DNA of 63,214 bases, the filler included. It is 4 parts of 4 records of this genome, joined end to end, with 100 filler letters (N's around TTAATTAATTAA, not from the genome) between each part and the next. Parts side by side here need not be neighbours in the genome. Positions count along the whole stretch, not along the records: positions 1 to 31,449 come from SRR20825019_1427; 3 more parts are not named here. One strand, given 5' to 3'. Numbering within the stretch: position 1 is the first letter of the stretch; each line of letters starts with the position of its first letter. Made by a program: the position numbers and the translations under genes. This document shows, piece after piece, positions 10,821 through 22,944 of the stretch. Under the pieces are notes generated by a model. That model did not search any database. It was not told the origin of the DNA and saw only the letters and a program-made list of their open reading frames with translations.

Positions 10821-11738
10821 TATATTCACTACTGCTGAATTGTCGAGTTGGTGAATTTCTTATTTACAACAGTGGCAGCGGAGTACGGTTGAACCTTACT
10901 GTTGCAGGCCGTGCGGTGATGCTGACAGGCTGGGCTGGAGTGCCGATGTGATGGCTGGCGATCAATTGCCGGATGAGCGGACGGCGCGGCGCGGCCGGCG
11001 GGCGGCCGGGCGGATAGGCGAGCCAGACGCCCCGTCCCAGGCCCGTGAATGGGTTACTCCCGACCATTGTGGACAGGCGGGAGCCCGCAAGCCTGTTGGG
11101 GTGGCGCATTATGGTGGGGGCGCCACCTCCCGCGGTCACGACTGGGTCAGGTGACTGAGGCTGTCTGTAGCTGTCCTCAGTGCCTCAGCCGGTCACTCCA
11201 AAAATAGCGCTCGCCGGCCCCAGGCGGTGGCTCGTCATGAGCAGTGCGTAATTCAGTTCCCATTGTTCTTCAGTTGACTCATCCGTGGCAAGGTGTGAGC
11301 CAGTGAGTGTGGGGGCTCAGTTCCAGGTCTGGGGGTCCGAGTGATAGCGAATCGAAAGCTGCGAGAATGATGAACGACAAGCTGCATTCCACAGGACGTC
11401 GGTAGGGTAGTACAGTTGTGATTATGCATCGGTTGTCTCGGTTAGCCCTTTAAATATCAACCTGAAATCTGTCGTTGTCATAATCAATTGATATTCATCA
11501 GCACGATTAAAAGTTTGGCAACAGGGATGACTGTGGTCAGCTCCGCTTCTCCAGTTCATCAGTCACGGCCAGGTGCGCGAGAGGGCGGCATCTTTGTCAA
11601 GGCTCGGAGAGTAGATATCAACTCATTCCGGCGTACGCCTGGGCATAACATCTCGGCTAGTATTCAATGGGCCAACAGTTACCATGTCATGACGTCGATC
11701 CCAATGGACAGAAACACAAAACGCACAGATGGAGCCCA

Positions 11739-13086
11739 CTAGTATGCTTCGTCGTCGTCGTCATCTGGAGAGAGTACACTGGACTGGCCTGCTGCAAGTA
11801 GTGGATTTTCAAATACCATCCCGCCTCCAACAACTAGAACACTGGGTTAACCCACGAATGAGGACTCCAATACCACGGATTTGAACACACCTTCGTCCAC
11901 TTGCCCATGGAGGGACATGTCTGGAGGGGCTTCCAAGACTGACGTGGCGGCAAACATGGGAGACATTGCGGGCGACTGGATATTTTCAGATTGGATAACT
12001 TTCGACACGGTCTTCTTAAGCTTGCTGCAGGACAACAAAAGTCAGGACACCCCTGTGAATGGCAGGAACACCAATCACATACCGAATTCGCTTGAATATG
12101 TCCATTAGATCATGCTTCATTCCCTCCACCAAAGGGACCTGTTCCTTGAACCTCTTGTTCATGGCCTCAAACTTTTCCGCGGCTGCCGTTGTGGTCTCGT
12201 CGCACATCTTATTGGAAGCCGCGAGCGTTTTCAATCTGGCAACATATACTAAGCCAAAAGGATCAACTTAGCAACTGAACATCACTTACATATCCCCCTG
12301 GACAGAGATTACCCGGTCCGTCTCCGACTTGTCAACGAAGCCCTCAACCATTTCCGCGAGGCTACGCTTCTTCTGAGAGCTAGTTAATGCGTCCGATCCC
12401 ACAATGGACGCTGCCACGTCCCTGGCTATACTAGCAATGGTTTCATGGGGGGGAGGGTCTTTGTCGTTGTGGATCGCCGTCTCGGGCACCTCCAAGGGCT
12501 GACTATCCTCGGGTGGAGGTAGCTCTCGTTGCCATGGTTGTTCATCGCCATACACATCTTCCCACACTCTCTCACAAATATCAGCTAGCTCCCCGCAACA
12601 TACCCCGGCCACCGCCCGCTTTGGATTGGATACTACGCCGTTAAAGAACTCCCTTCCAACTGCAACCACAAAGGCTCTTCGTCCTATTGAGACTCCCTCT
12701 TCGGTTTCATCGTCGATGCACAGGGCGCCATTTACGCTGGTGCTGTTAAGCTCACGGAGGCGGAAAATAAGGTGCCGGTCAAACGATTTGAGCGTGTCCA
12801 TATTTGCCTGGGCCAGGGAGTATGCAAGGCGGGGGAGAACAAGCGTGCCCAAGACCTTCTCCAATAGTTCTGCAGCCGACAGAGTCTTCTCGCTAGCACC
12901 ATCTCCTGGCCCCAGAACAAGAAGCGCCCTGGCCTCATGTACTGCCTCGGCGCGGACGCCACTTGGTAGCTGAGCGCCGCGGTCCCCGTCTCCCGAGTTG
13001 TCCTCCACGTCCGACTGGAACTCCCACGCATCCTCAATTAAGCCCCAAAAAGCCTTGGCTGCAAGGTCTCCACCTTCCTTTGCCAT
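11739..13086 (-). CDS. KXD1: DUF4240-like domain fused to a KxDL (KXD1/BORCS4-like) domain; spliced; last exon uncertain
   Basis: Exon 1 (13086-12290) has FWGLIEDAW...SFDRHLIFRLREL...RAFVVAVGREFFNGVVSNP, a DUF4240-like pattern. Introns are 12289-12236 and 12082-12025. Exons 2-3 read ILKTLAASNKM...MKHDLMDIFKRIRKLK, the KxDL signature. It ends at stop 11847 unspliced or at 11739 with one more intron. Confidence 0.72.
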
Positions 13087-13269
13087 AGCTGGTATTTTGT
13101 TCACACAACTTCTGTGGGGGCTTCTTGCGTTTATAACTGGCGCCGCCGACCCTGCTTGACTGCTGGCTGTGAAGGGCTGAGTAGTTTCAGGCCCGCTCGC
13201 ACAGAAGAGCATCAACTAAGGCACTTCCGGCCCAGTCTTCCGGCTGCCTGTGCGCCTCACTGCCAACTA

Positions 13270-13725
13270 ACCCGGGCGCTGGCTGGCCCCGGGGCCGCGG
13301 GCCGGCCCGGCCGGCCGGCGTGCACGGCGCCGGGCCGCCGGGGGCCGCGCCGCCGGCGCAGGCCCTGTCCGGCGAGGCCGGCCTGAGGCGCCCAGTCCGG
13401 TTGCCCGTCCAGGCCGCCCGGCGGCGCGCGGGCCGGCGCCGTCGCCCATATCGCAGGCGCCGGCGGTGTTTGAAAGCAGGGCGGCGTTGGGATCCCATTC
13501 GGGGGTCAGTTGCCCGATGGGACGCCGTCCCGGCGCTGATGCATGCCCGGCGCCGGCGCCGGCACGAGGCTTGTGGCGCATTGATGGCACGGCGGCTAGC
13601 CCGGGTCGCCGGCCGGCGAGGGTCCGGCCGGTCGGGCGGCGGCCCCGGCGGGGCCCGAGGGCGCGAGCGGCAGCGGGGCGCCCTGATGCAGTCAGGCGGC
13701 CCCGGAATGATGGGCGGGCCCGCCT
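13270..13725. promoter_or_regulatory. GC-rich island, candidate bidirectional promoter (KxDL fusion / NLR-like gene)
   Basis: Lies between divergent start codons at 13086 (-) and 13819 (+). Confidence 0.6.
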
Positions 13726-13818
13726 TCTCGGACAAGCCCAGTCGGTCCTCAAGATCTCACCCCGTGAGTACAAATGTATACGTCCTCCACATCATCCTCA
13801 GCAGGTCAGTGCGCGACG

Positions 13819-16800
13819 ATGAGTAGGAGACCCTCGTCGGCGCGAGCAGCCGCAGAGGTGGCCCGCTCTCTAGCGAAGGAGCGCGTTCGCCTGAACGCAC
13901 AGAACAGAAAGGCAGAGTGCTGCGTCGCACAGAAAGTTGCAGTTCAGATTCCAACCTCCATTGAGGAAGTCAAGCCTGACGGGCTCGTTGGCATCGCAAC
14001 TCCGGCTCCGTCCCGCCCATCAAGCCCGGCTGGCAGCGCGGCGGCGCTTCGAATTAAAAGAGCCGTAAAGAAGATTGAGTTCGTGGAGCGATTTGTCCAG
14101 GGAAGTGCGGGTTGTACATGCAAGCCAGCCAAGTCGACAGTGGAGGCGACTGAATCCGTTCGTGCCGAGGTGGAGTCTCTCAAGGCAAAAATGACCGGCA
14201 GCTCCGAGGGCACCATCGTTCCTGATAATATTGCAGTCACGTCGGGAGCTGTGCTGGACCCTTCCTCGGTTGACGACCTCAGGGCCATGCTCCAGGACGG
14301 TGGCGTGTCAGTGGCCAAGTGGGGAGTGGGATACTCCAACTCCGTGGCGGACCTGTTCCGTTACTTGAGGAGGGACAAGGTGAGTGGACGCAATCCTCCC
14401 CGTTATTCCCACTAGGGACGGCCTTTCTAACGTCACGTCGCAGGCAATGCTAGTGAAGGGCGAGGACGGAACTCTGTATTTGGTCCTGAAACTGTGTCGT
14501 CTCCAGATGTCCAAGCAGACCGGCCCCGCGGGTGAGGGTGTGCGGAGGATACTCATCGAAACCCATCAGGCTCTTCGGAATGGTAGTATCCGACAGAAAT
14601 ACCAGGCTCCCATCACCGCCATGCTGCCGGGTGAAACATGCGTGGAGTCTGCCCGGCGCCTCCTCGCGGACGAGGTATTGACTGGCGATGAACACAGCCA
14701 TCACAAAGGAGGCAACACGCCAGTTCCTAGTGTATGTGTGTGCAAACAGAGTGGCCATGTCGTGAGCCAGCGGGTTGTACCGTCTAAGGACTACCCAGGC
14801 CTGCGCTGTGTGATTGTGGTGCACGACGTGTTTGCGGATGGTGCCAAGGTCTCGTCGACTCCATTCTTCTCAGCGTATAAGCCCCCGAAGTCTTCCACCG
14901 AGTCGGAGGAAGAGTTGGCGGCGTCGGTGCTGGTTAGGTACTATAATTGGGTGGATGAGTACGTGTGGATGAATCAGTTGGAGAAGCGCGCTTGGCTGTA
15001 CGACGAGGATGCCGGCAACAAGCCCGCGGCTGGAGACAAGGCTGAAGATGCGGGAGACGAAAAATCCGCCGTTCTCAAGGATGTTGAGATTACATGGATG
15101 AAGGATGACAGCAACTCGTCACATGAAAATGAAAACAAGGCCCTCCAGTATCTCTTTCCGAACTATCGTTCCATGCGGGTGACTCTGCTCCATGGCGGGT
15201 TTTCGGGAGCGATTGTTGTCCAGGTCTGGCCCTATTACTGCCAGGATGGCAGCCGATGCTGACCGGATTCACTTGCAGGTCCAGGGGGTGGATGAGAAGG
15301 GTGACGCTTTGACGCCCCTCGTGGTCAAGATCGACAACAACAGGGATTGTGTGATCGAAGAATTCCAAAGGTTGGTGCTGCAAAGTTTCACAATGTCAAT
15401 TACTAAAGGCTCGTCGCGGCGTACTAGATTCAAGCTTATCTCCAGTGACCTTGGAGATAACGCGCCTGCAGTCATCGCGCACACATTTGATGTCCCCGTC
15501 GCGGACTGCCCCTACGGCGCGATGGCATTTGAACTGTAAGTGAACAGATGAGTACCTTAGTGATGCGTGTGGCTGACCATATCCCAGCGCCGGCGCATGC
15601 TGGAATGACCCTGCTTTGGCCTCCCAGGTGCATGTGAACACGCTGAAGGAGCTGTACATTTTGCGTCAATTGGACGCTTCTTTGCAGGAAAAATCGCATT
15701 TGTTCGGCGACGTAGATAAGGTTATCAAGGAGGTGTTTTCGGAGCTCATGGTGATACCGTGTTTACAAAAGGCCAAGTTGATAGCCGACAATTTGTGCAA
15801 CCGTTACAAACTCGAGAAATACATCAAGAGATATATACTTGATGAAATGACGGACGCCCAGCGGAAGAAGCGGCCCATGCTTCCTGACATTAGGCAATTG
15901 CTGGAGGCATCAGGTGGCACGAATCATGATATTGTGAAGTTGTTCAAGGTTGTTGAAAGCAGCAAGAACATTTTCAAAGATTTCCCCTTCTTTGAAGGGA
16001 TTGCACACGGTGATCTCAACGCCGCTAATGTGCTTATCGATTCTGAAGAAGTGATATGGGTGATTGACTATGCCACAACCGGTCCCCATCACAACTTGGT
16101 GGACATCACAAAGATGCTGTCGTGTGTTTGGTTCGAGTACATCACAATAGACTCAGAACAGACACTGAAGGATCTCAAGCACATGGTTGATTGGATCCTT
16201 GCCATGCCATCTTTTGAGCCTTTGCCGTTAATAGAGGATATCCAGTATTTCAGTAATCCCGATAGAAATGAGCCGTCCCCCAACGTGCGGATGACATGGG
16301 GTGTTTCCCGTACGCTCTTGTCCTTTGTCCCCCTGTATCTTTCCAAAAATAGCACAGCCAACGAAATGTACCAACTCCTTATTCCAATGATGGCGTGGGG
16401 CCTCAAGGGATCTTCTTATAGTGATTTGTCGAGCGAACAGCGCGAGCTGTCTTTGCACGTTGCGACGAGGGCGGCGGCACGCCTTCTCCAGCTCTATGAT
16501 CCACAGGCGCTTGACAAGGCCGGCCTTCATGGCGCACTTCCGGTCCAGAGTTCGCACAAGTCATCTGAATTGCATGAGATGTTCGAACGAAATATTGACT
16601 TCGACGACGAGATGAACAAATACATCCAGTTTGTCCGTATGCGCCATAGCAAGATTGTCGATCCTATCTCGAATAAGGTGTTAGATATATGGAAACATTG
16701 TGTGAGCGTCAAAATTTTGACGGCGGATGAGCAAGTGAGACTGGTGGAGGATGCTCAGAATGTGGAGCACGACGACGACGATGAAGAGATGTCCGATGGT

Positions 16801-19800
16801 CGGGTGTATGATGCGGTTGAATGGCTATTACCCCACAAGTATGTCCATGAGATCCAGGAGCAATATAGTCAAGCGAGCGAGACTCGTGATCACGTTTTGA
16901 CGTCTGACTGCAAGCAAAACCATGCACTCAAGAAGAACCCTAGGGTCCACATGCACAAGGAAGAGGATTGGGTATATGGGAATCCTAATCTTCGGTGTAT
17001 GAGCTGCCGATCTGCTATTGGCCCAGAGGCCCCTACCCCTGAACTTTGCGATGTGAGTTGTTTCAATAACAGCTTGGCGAACGGCACCGACTTCAAGTGC
17101 TACCCACTCATATGCAGGCCAACCGAGGTGTCGTTTTCGAAGCCGCATCTCGGTTATCCGAAACACCGGCTTGCACGAGCAGATGCCGTCAAATGTGGCG
17201 AATCGAAACGCGCTTGGTTCCGCAAGGACAATGATTTCGTCAAGGAACCCGTGCCAGTCGATGAAGAAGAAGCCAAAGACTACATGCTGATCATTGATAC
17301 CAAGATATCCAAGACCGGAGAGGAGCAGAAGGTTGTGTTGGAGCCAAAGCCGACGGTCTTTGATGACGAAGATGTGGTTGCCGCACCAGCGGATGATGCT
17401 GTGGCGGGGCCAGAGGCTGATGCGGGCTGTAATGCCCACGCAACTTCGGAACCTCCAGCGGAAGGCGCGCCGCTTGAGGATAAGAAAGCCGAAGCGACGG
17501 AAGGCAAACGTGGCGGATCTGAGGCTGACGTAGAGGCTGAGCATGTTGAGGAGCCGCTAGGCTCGGATTCTCAAGCGAGCGACATCTATGATTCTGTGAT
17601 GGATGATTCCGACATGTTTGACACGGATGGTTACATAGACGATCAATTACGCCGCCGGATGCGTCGAAAGGCGAGGAGACATAGGTATAGCGACGAATTT
17701 AGCGATGAATACTCGGATGAAGACTACTATGATCACGATATTCCTGGTGGTGACTGCCCCGGGAAGGCCCACAAAAGTTGCGACGAAGTCATCCAGCCCT
17801 CGGATTTCTGCATCGCGTGCCTTCGGTGTAAGATGATCTTCAAAACTGGCGCGTGTTTCCTCGCGCATCATATCAATAGGAAGTGGGCGTACAGAAGCTT
17901 GATAAAGGTCCCGGAGAACAAGAGCTTTGTGGTCTTAGGGCCCGCGGCAAGTGGGAAGACGGTGCTCCTCAAACGTCTGCTCGTAGAGGGGGCATCGTCA
18001 CAATCGATGGGAGGACGTGCGGTGGTTCCCTATCTGATCATCCTTGTGGATCTGGCTCGCCTCGTCGTCAACCAAAACTTGGGTCCCACCGATGACCTCG
18101 TGGTAAGTGCTCCGACTAGATTCTGTTCATGGCCACGGCTTGTGATTCGCGTCATATCCTAGTGCAAGTCGCTGGCATAATGCCTCTAACATGTGTCTGT
18201 CTGCAGGATTGCTACATGCGAGAGAGGCACGGGGCACACACCAGGCGCTACGCATTCTTGAGGATGTGCAGGAGGAAGGGCCTCATGTTTTTCCTCTTTG
18301 ATGGACTGGATGAAACCGGAATAGCCCGCCAAACCATCGAGCGTTATCTCGACATTCTCACTCTTGAGAATTGCAGGATCCTCCTTTCCTCACGCCATAG
18401 TGGCTTCGACAAGAACAAATACCGGGGGTGGAAATTCGTCATCATTCGACCCTTGAGCCATACGATGAAGGTTGACCTATTCATGAGCCGCATCAGTTCG
18501 GAAGACGACAAGGTGGCGCGGTTTGTTTCCACTCTTGACAGCTTGGATCAAGGCCTCAAGGGACTGATTGGAACACCGCTCTTGTTTTCTCTGTTTCTCG
18601 CTCTGTATGAAAAACAGATGGAGTCGGGAGAAGGTGAATCCGGTTTCGATAGATCTTCATTGTACAGCACTGGTATCGAATTAATTGCTTTGGCCGATTT
18701 CACGTGAAAGTCTAACATTCCCGCAGGCTTAGAATTGATGCTCAAGAATCTTGACGCTAGAAAGTATGGCCGCAGAAAGGGAGAGGTGGACAAGGCGGCG
18801 CGGTCGGCGCTCTTGTCCGATGACTTCGCCGAGGTCATGGACTTCCTGACAAAGCTATCGTACGACCGTCATTGCTGCGACATCGAGTCTCGGGACATTA
18901 TGCGGCCCCACGTTATGGCTCTGGATAGTCGCACCCTCCTCGGGGAGGAGGAAAACTCTTCAGGCAAGGAAAAGAATACTGCGACGAAATCTGTTGTCCC
19001 ATTGTGGGAAAAGCTGGAGAACGGCGTTCGCAGCGGAAGGGTACCCCTCTTGCAGTGTGTCCAGGACTCTATGGATCGCAACCAAGCTATTTATCGCTTC
19101 ACCCAGTAAGTACTTTCGATCCTTTGTAGTTCCTGTAGATGGTGTGAACTGACGGAGTAGTCCAGCCTGACCTTCCAAGAGTTTTTGGCCGCCCGGGCCA
19201 TTGTGAAGCAGATGGATCTCTTTGAAGGTCTGAATGGTGTCGACTACATTGACGCCGTCCGCAAGATATTCACGAACAAACCGGATGAACCATTCAACAT
19301 GCTGTATATGCCATGGTACAAACAGATGCTCGTATTGTCTTTGACCATGATGACCGAGGTCCAATACATTAAGTTCGCGTTGGCTATCCTCTCCTTGGAT
19401 CTTGACCTCACGCTGAGAATTGTCCAGTCACTCCCCCGCCTTGGAGCGAGTGAAAAGAAGCTAGCGCCAAGGGACATTCTGGTGCACATTGGAAAGGTGT
19501 TCTGGGCTCCGCGATTCAACTTCTTGGGAGATCTTGACTTCGGTCTGTCTAATAACCTTGTGGATATTCTTGCGAACGCACACACGATCCGAGAGATGTA
19601 CATTCGCAAACCGGAGATCAGTCTCAAGGAGGTGTTTAACGTGATTTCCAAGTCAAGCGTGGAGAAGCTCAGCATTGAAGCTTCTGGAGGGGGCAGCAAA
19701 TCCGACAGTATTGACATGGCGTCTTGTAAGTCTCTCAAGTCGCTCAACATGTTTATGAGAAACCCCAGTCGCGAATACTGGATGTCCGTGATCAATCTGT

Positions 19801-22800
19801 TGGACGGGCTCTCGTCTTCATCGCACGAAGCGTCTATGGAAGAGGTGTGTATCGGGTGTGCGTTTGGTATTTCCGTTTTCTAACCGACTCCAAAGATTGA
19901 TCTTATGATCACCTTCCCGATAGGTATATGTGCGCTAGGATACCCTAAGGTGGATGGCCCGGTACAAGCCGAAGATTGCCAACGCCTTCCGAATGACTCA
20001 CTGAAGCGATTGGCCTTATCTTGCACTTACATCCCGGCAAGCATCATAATTACCTTGGTTTCGAGTTGTCGGTCGCTCAGGTCCTTGGTACTGTCATACT
20101 CATTCGAGTATTATGGGGAGGATGAGGTGTCGAGATTAATGGATGCACTGCTGAAATCTGGCGCGCCGCTGGAGGAGCTGACCCTTGCAGGTATAAATTT
20201 AGGCGATGCCGGGGCCGCGGCCATCGGCAAGTACCTCCAACAAGGGAAACATCGCCTGAAGCATTTGGACGTGGAGGCATCCGCGATCTTTGACGAGGGC
20301 CTGTGCGGACTTCTGCCGTTCGTGCGCTTCGTTTCATCAGATGGGGGAGCAACGCTTTCTCTTGGTTCCGCGAAGGATTTGGAAACTCTGCTAATTCGAG
20401 GGAATCTCCTTGGCTTGACGCATTATTTGCCAACAGCTTTCGACCTTGGATCATCTGGGAAAATAGACTTCTCGTTATCTATGAACGAGTTCATTGAATT
20501 CTACGACAAGGTTCTCAGCACCCCGTCCCCTCTTGACAACCCGGATTGCCAGGCATGTATGTCTCATTCACCGGACAGTATCGATGAAGTGAACAAAGAA
20601 ATGATTCTCTGCAACGAATACATGAGCGGGTCCTCAGTATGCGACAATGGCGTCTGCTTGGCGGCGGTATCTGGGCTCTTGTGCCGTGCGAGACTTGCAT
20701 ACAAGGAAGCGGGTGCCTCGAGGCCGGTAGACTTCGTTCAGAATTACATTGTGTGCTTGGTGCATTATCGTGACCTTCTGATCAGCAATGACTACTCAGC
20801 AATGGCAACCTATGTGGACATTGACTTGCTGATCCTTATGCACAAGTACGACCACTGCAATGAGGATGCCAAACATCGCGTCCGATGGGTTGGGGTCATC
20901 GGCAATCTCATTGAAATATTCCCGTTTGGGATGATGACTGGCGTGGAATCGGACAAAGAGGTGCGCATGTCGTATTATATGTGTTTATTCCTAGTTGCTT
21001 TGAGTATCAAGGTGGCCCAAGTGTCTGCCTCGATTTCATTCGAGGAAAGAGCCTGCAATGCCAAGATATGGGGAAACACCCTGATGCTGTGTGGGAGGAG
21101 AGTTCTTCTCTCAAGAGAAGACAAAGCTGAGATGGCCGTCCTCCCTGGGCCCATTGTCTGTGACGAGCGGGCCACTCCGTTGTTGATCAAGGCCTTCCAT
21201 GACTCGGTGGCTCTGTACGCGCACGTTTGGGAACCCCATAAGGGGACGGGGACCCCGGAGGAGGCGGCGGCCTATGAGGCCTTCATTTACGCTGTGTATG
21301 CAGAGGTTTGGTTTGTGTCGGCTGTTCGGGGCTTTGTGCGAGTTGTGAAGAGCGCCTTGGCATGCAGCGACAAGAAGGTCATTCACAAATTGGTCAAGGA
21401 TCGCCTGTATCAGACTTGTCTCGATATGGAAGATGACAATGTTATCGTGAAGGAATCGTATCAGTGGATGGGTAAACTGGATGTGCAGTACTCCGATATT
21501 TCCAAGCACATCAATATGTCCGATAAGCAACTCGAGGAGATCATCGAACCCGTTCTCAGCCGCTCAGAACAAACACTTACGTCTCTCAAGATTGATAATG
21601 AAGACCTCGTGCAGCTGTGGAGATCCGAGGGCCGCGAATTGACGTTCCATTTGGCCCGAGGTATCTTGCTACAGTGCAGGCACCGAACCAAGTTCAAACC
21701 CGCAACCTTGGTAATGGCCGAGCTTCCCATCGTCATGGCCGATATGATATTTGAGAAGGGCAATCGCCCTAAGCTCGCCGGCGCCCCGCCTGGGGTCTGC
21801 GAAGAGATCATTGGAAACCTCAACATTCAGATCAAAAGCATTGATGAGTTTGGGTATTCTCAGGCGGAGGTCCTCCGGCGCGCCCGCGAGTCTCAGGCTA
21901 TGGTAAGAAGGATTAGTATGTTGTTGGACCTGCTCTGATGTCGGGATACTGAATAGCTGAAGGAGAAGGCTGTTGTGACCCTTACTCAGAACATGAATAT
22001 CAGTGATATGCCGCAAGAAGTGGGTCCGATGTGCAGTCTAATGATGGGTGGGTTGGTTAGATGCTTCGGTTGCTGGTAAATTGACTCTTCACAACAGCCA
22101 TGGGCGGGATGGAAACATCTCGCCACAATAGGTTTGATGAGGATAAGGTCTCATCCAAGGAAGACTTGAAGAAATTGATGCGACCGATCCGCGGCACGTA
22201 CGATATGTTCACGCTGTTCCTGCGGACCGATGCTTTGACATACATGGGTGTGCTCTTCTTCATGGAATTGTCACAGAGGGAAAGAGAAAATTCCTTTTGT
22301 ACGTGCCTGATTCATTCGTAGTGCTGGTACTTATTGCGCTTTGCAGATGATATGTTCTTTTTGGAGTCTCGAAGGCTAAAGCCTGTTACATCCGATGGAA
22401 AGTTGTACAACTGGGAGAAAGAGATGAAATCGTATATCTATGGGACTAGCGAGGTCTTCAAGTTCGACTACAGAACATGCAAGAGGTGCATCACCAAGTC
22501 CGGGAAGAAGGTTCTGACCCGCGTCAAGGACGGAGACACGGAGCTGCTCCCCTACAAGCGTGGAGAATGGTTCTCCGACCCTGGCTCATCCCGGATTCCA
22601 ATGATATTTGCGGTAAGTCGACGGCGCCCTTGATCGCGGATTGCACCTTAGCCCGTGGCGCTGCAGCCCCCAGCGGAGTACAAAAGGTCGATGGAAGAGA
22701 AAGGCTTCGCTTACGAAATGACGAGTACAAACGTAAAACACCTTGTGGATGAAGATTTCGACTGCCCCGAACTACACGAGGAGGTGTCGCCTAGGTCTGA

Positions 22801-22852
22801 TCTTTATGAATCCGAAAATGAATCCTTTGAGGACTCGGATTTAGACTTCTAA
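13819..22852 (+). CDS. NLR-like STAND protein: NUDIX-like + TCAD9/APH-type kinase + Cys-rich + NACHT + RI-like LRR + unknown C-terminal region; 13 exons, ~2,780 aa
   Basis: Exons 13819-14379, 14444-15223, 15279-15370, 15428-15535, 15588-18102, 18207-18672, 18727-19105, 19166-19844, 19896-21902, 21957-22047, 22098-22298, 22347-22612 and 22652(or 22667)-22852 all keep frame across GT..AG introns. Motifs: GETCVESARRLLADEV, LHGGFSGA..V, VVKID, HGDLNAANVLI, IDYA, GPAASGKT, FLFDGLDE, LLSSR, TPLL, YRFTHLTFQEFLAA (restored across an intron) and LEELTLAGINLGDAGAAAIG. Confidence 0.82.
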
Positions 22853-22944
22853 TGATCATCCGAAACCTATATGTATCACGGCCGGAATAAATCTAGAACT
22901 GATATCGTCATGGTGATTAGGGGGCTGCATTTGCAGGTATAGAT

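Noticed and set aside
13114-13826. Overlapping Arg/Pro/Gly/Ala-rich ORFs here and in the other GC islands (3665-4259, 23732-24729, 30822-31497)
   Set aside because: Open frames result from stop-codon scarcity in extreme-GC non-coding DNA.
22061-22099. Apparent in-frame TGA (22082-22084) suggesting selenocysteine or readthrough
   Set aside because: It lies inside a well-formed intron, 22048-22097 (GTGGGT...TTGAC...CAG), that keeps frame.
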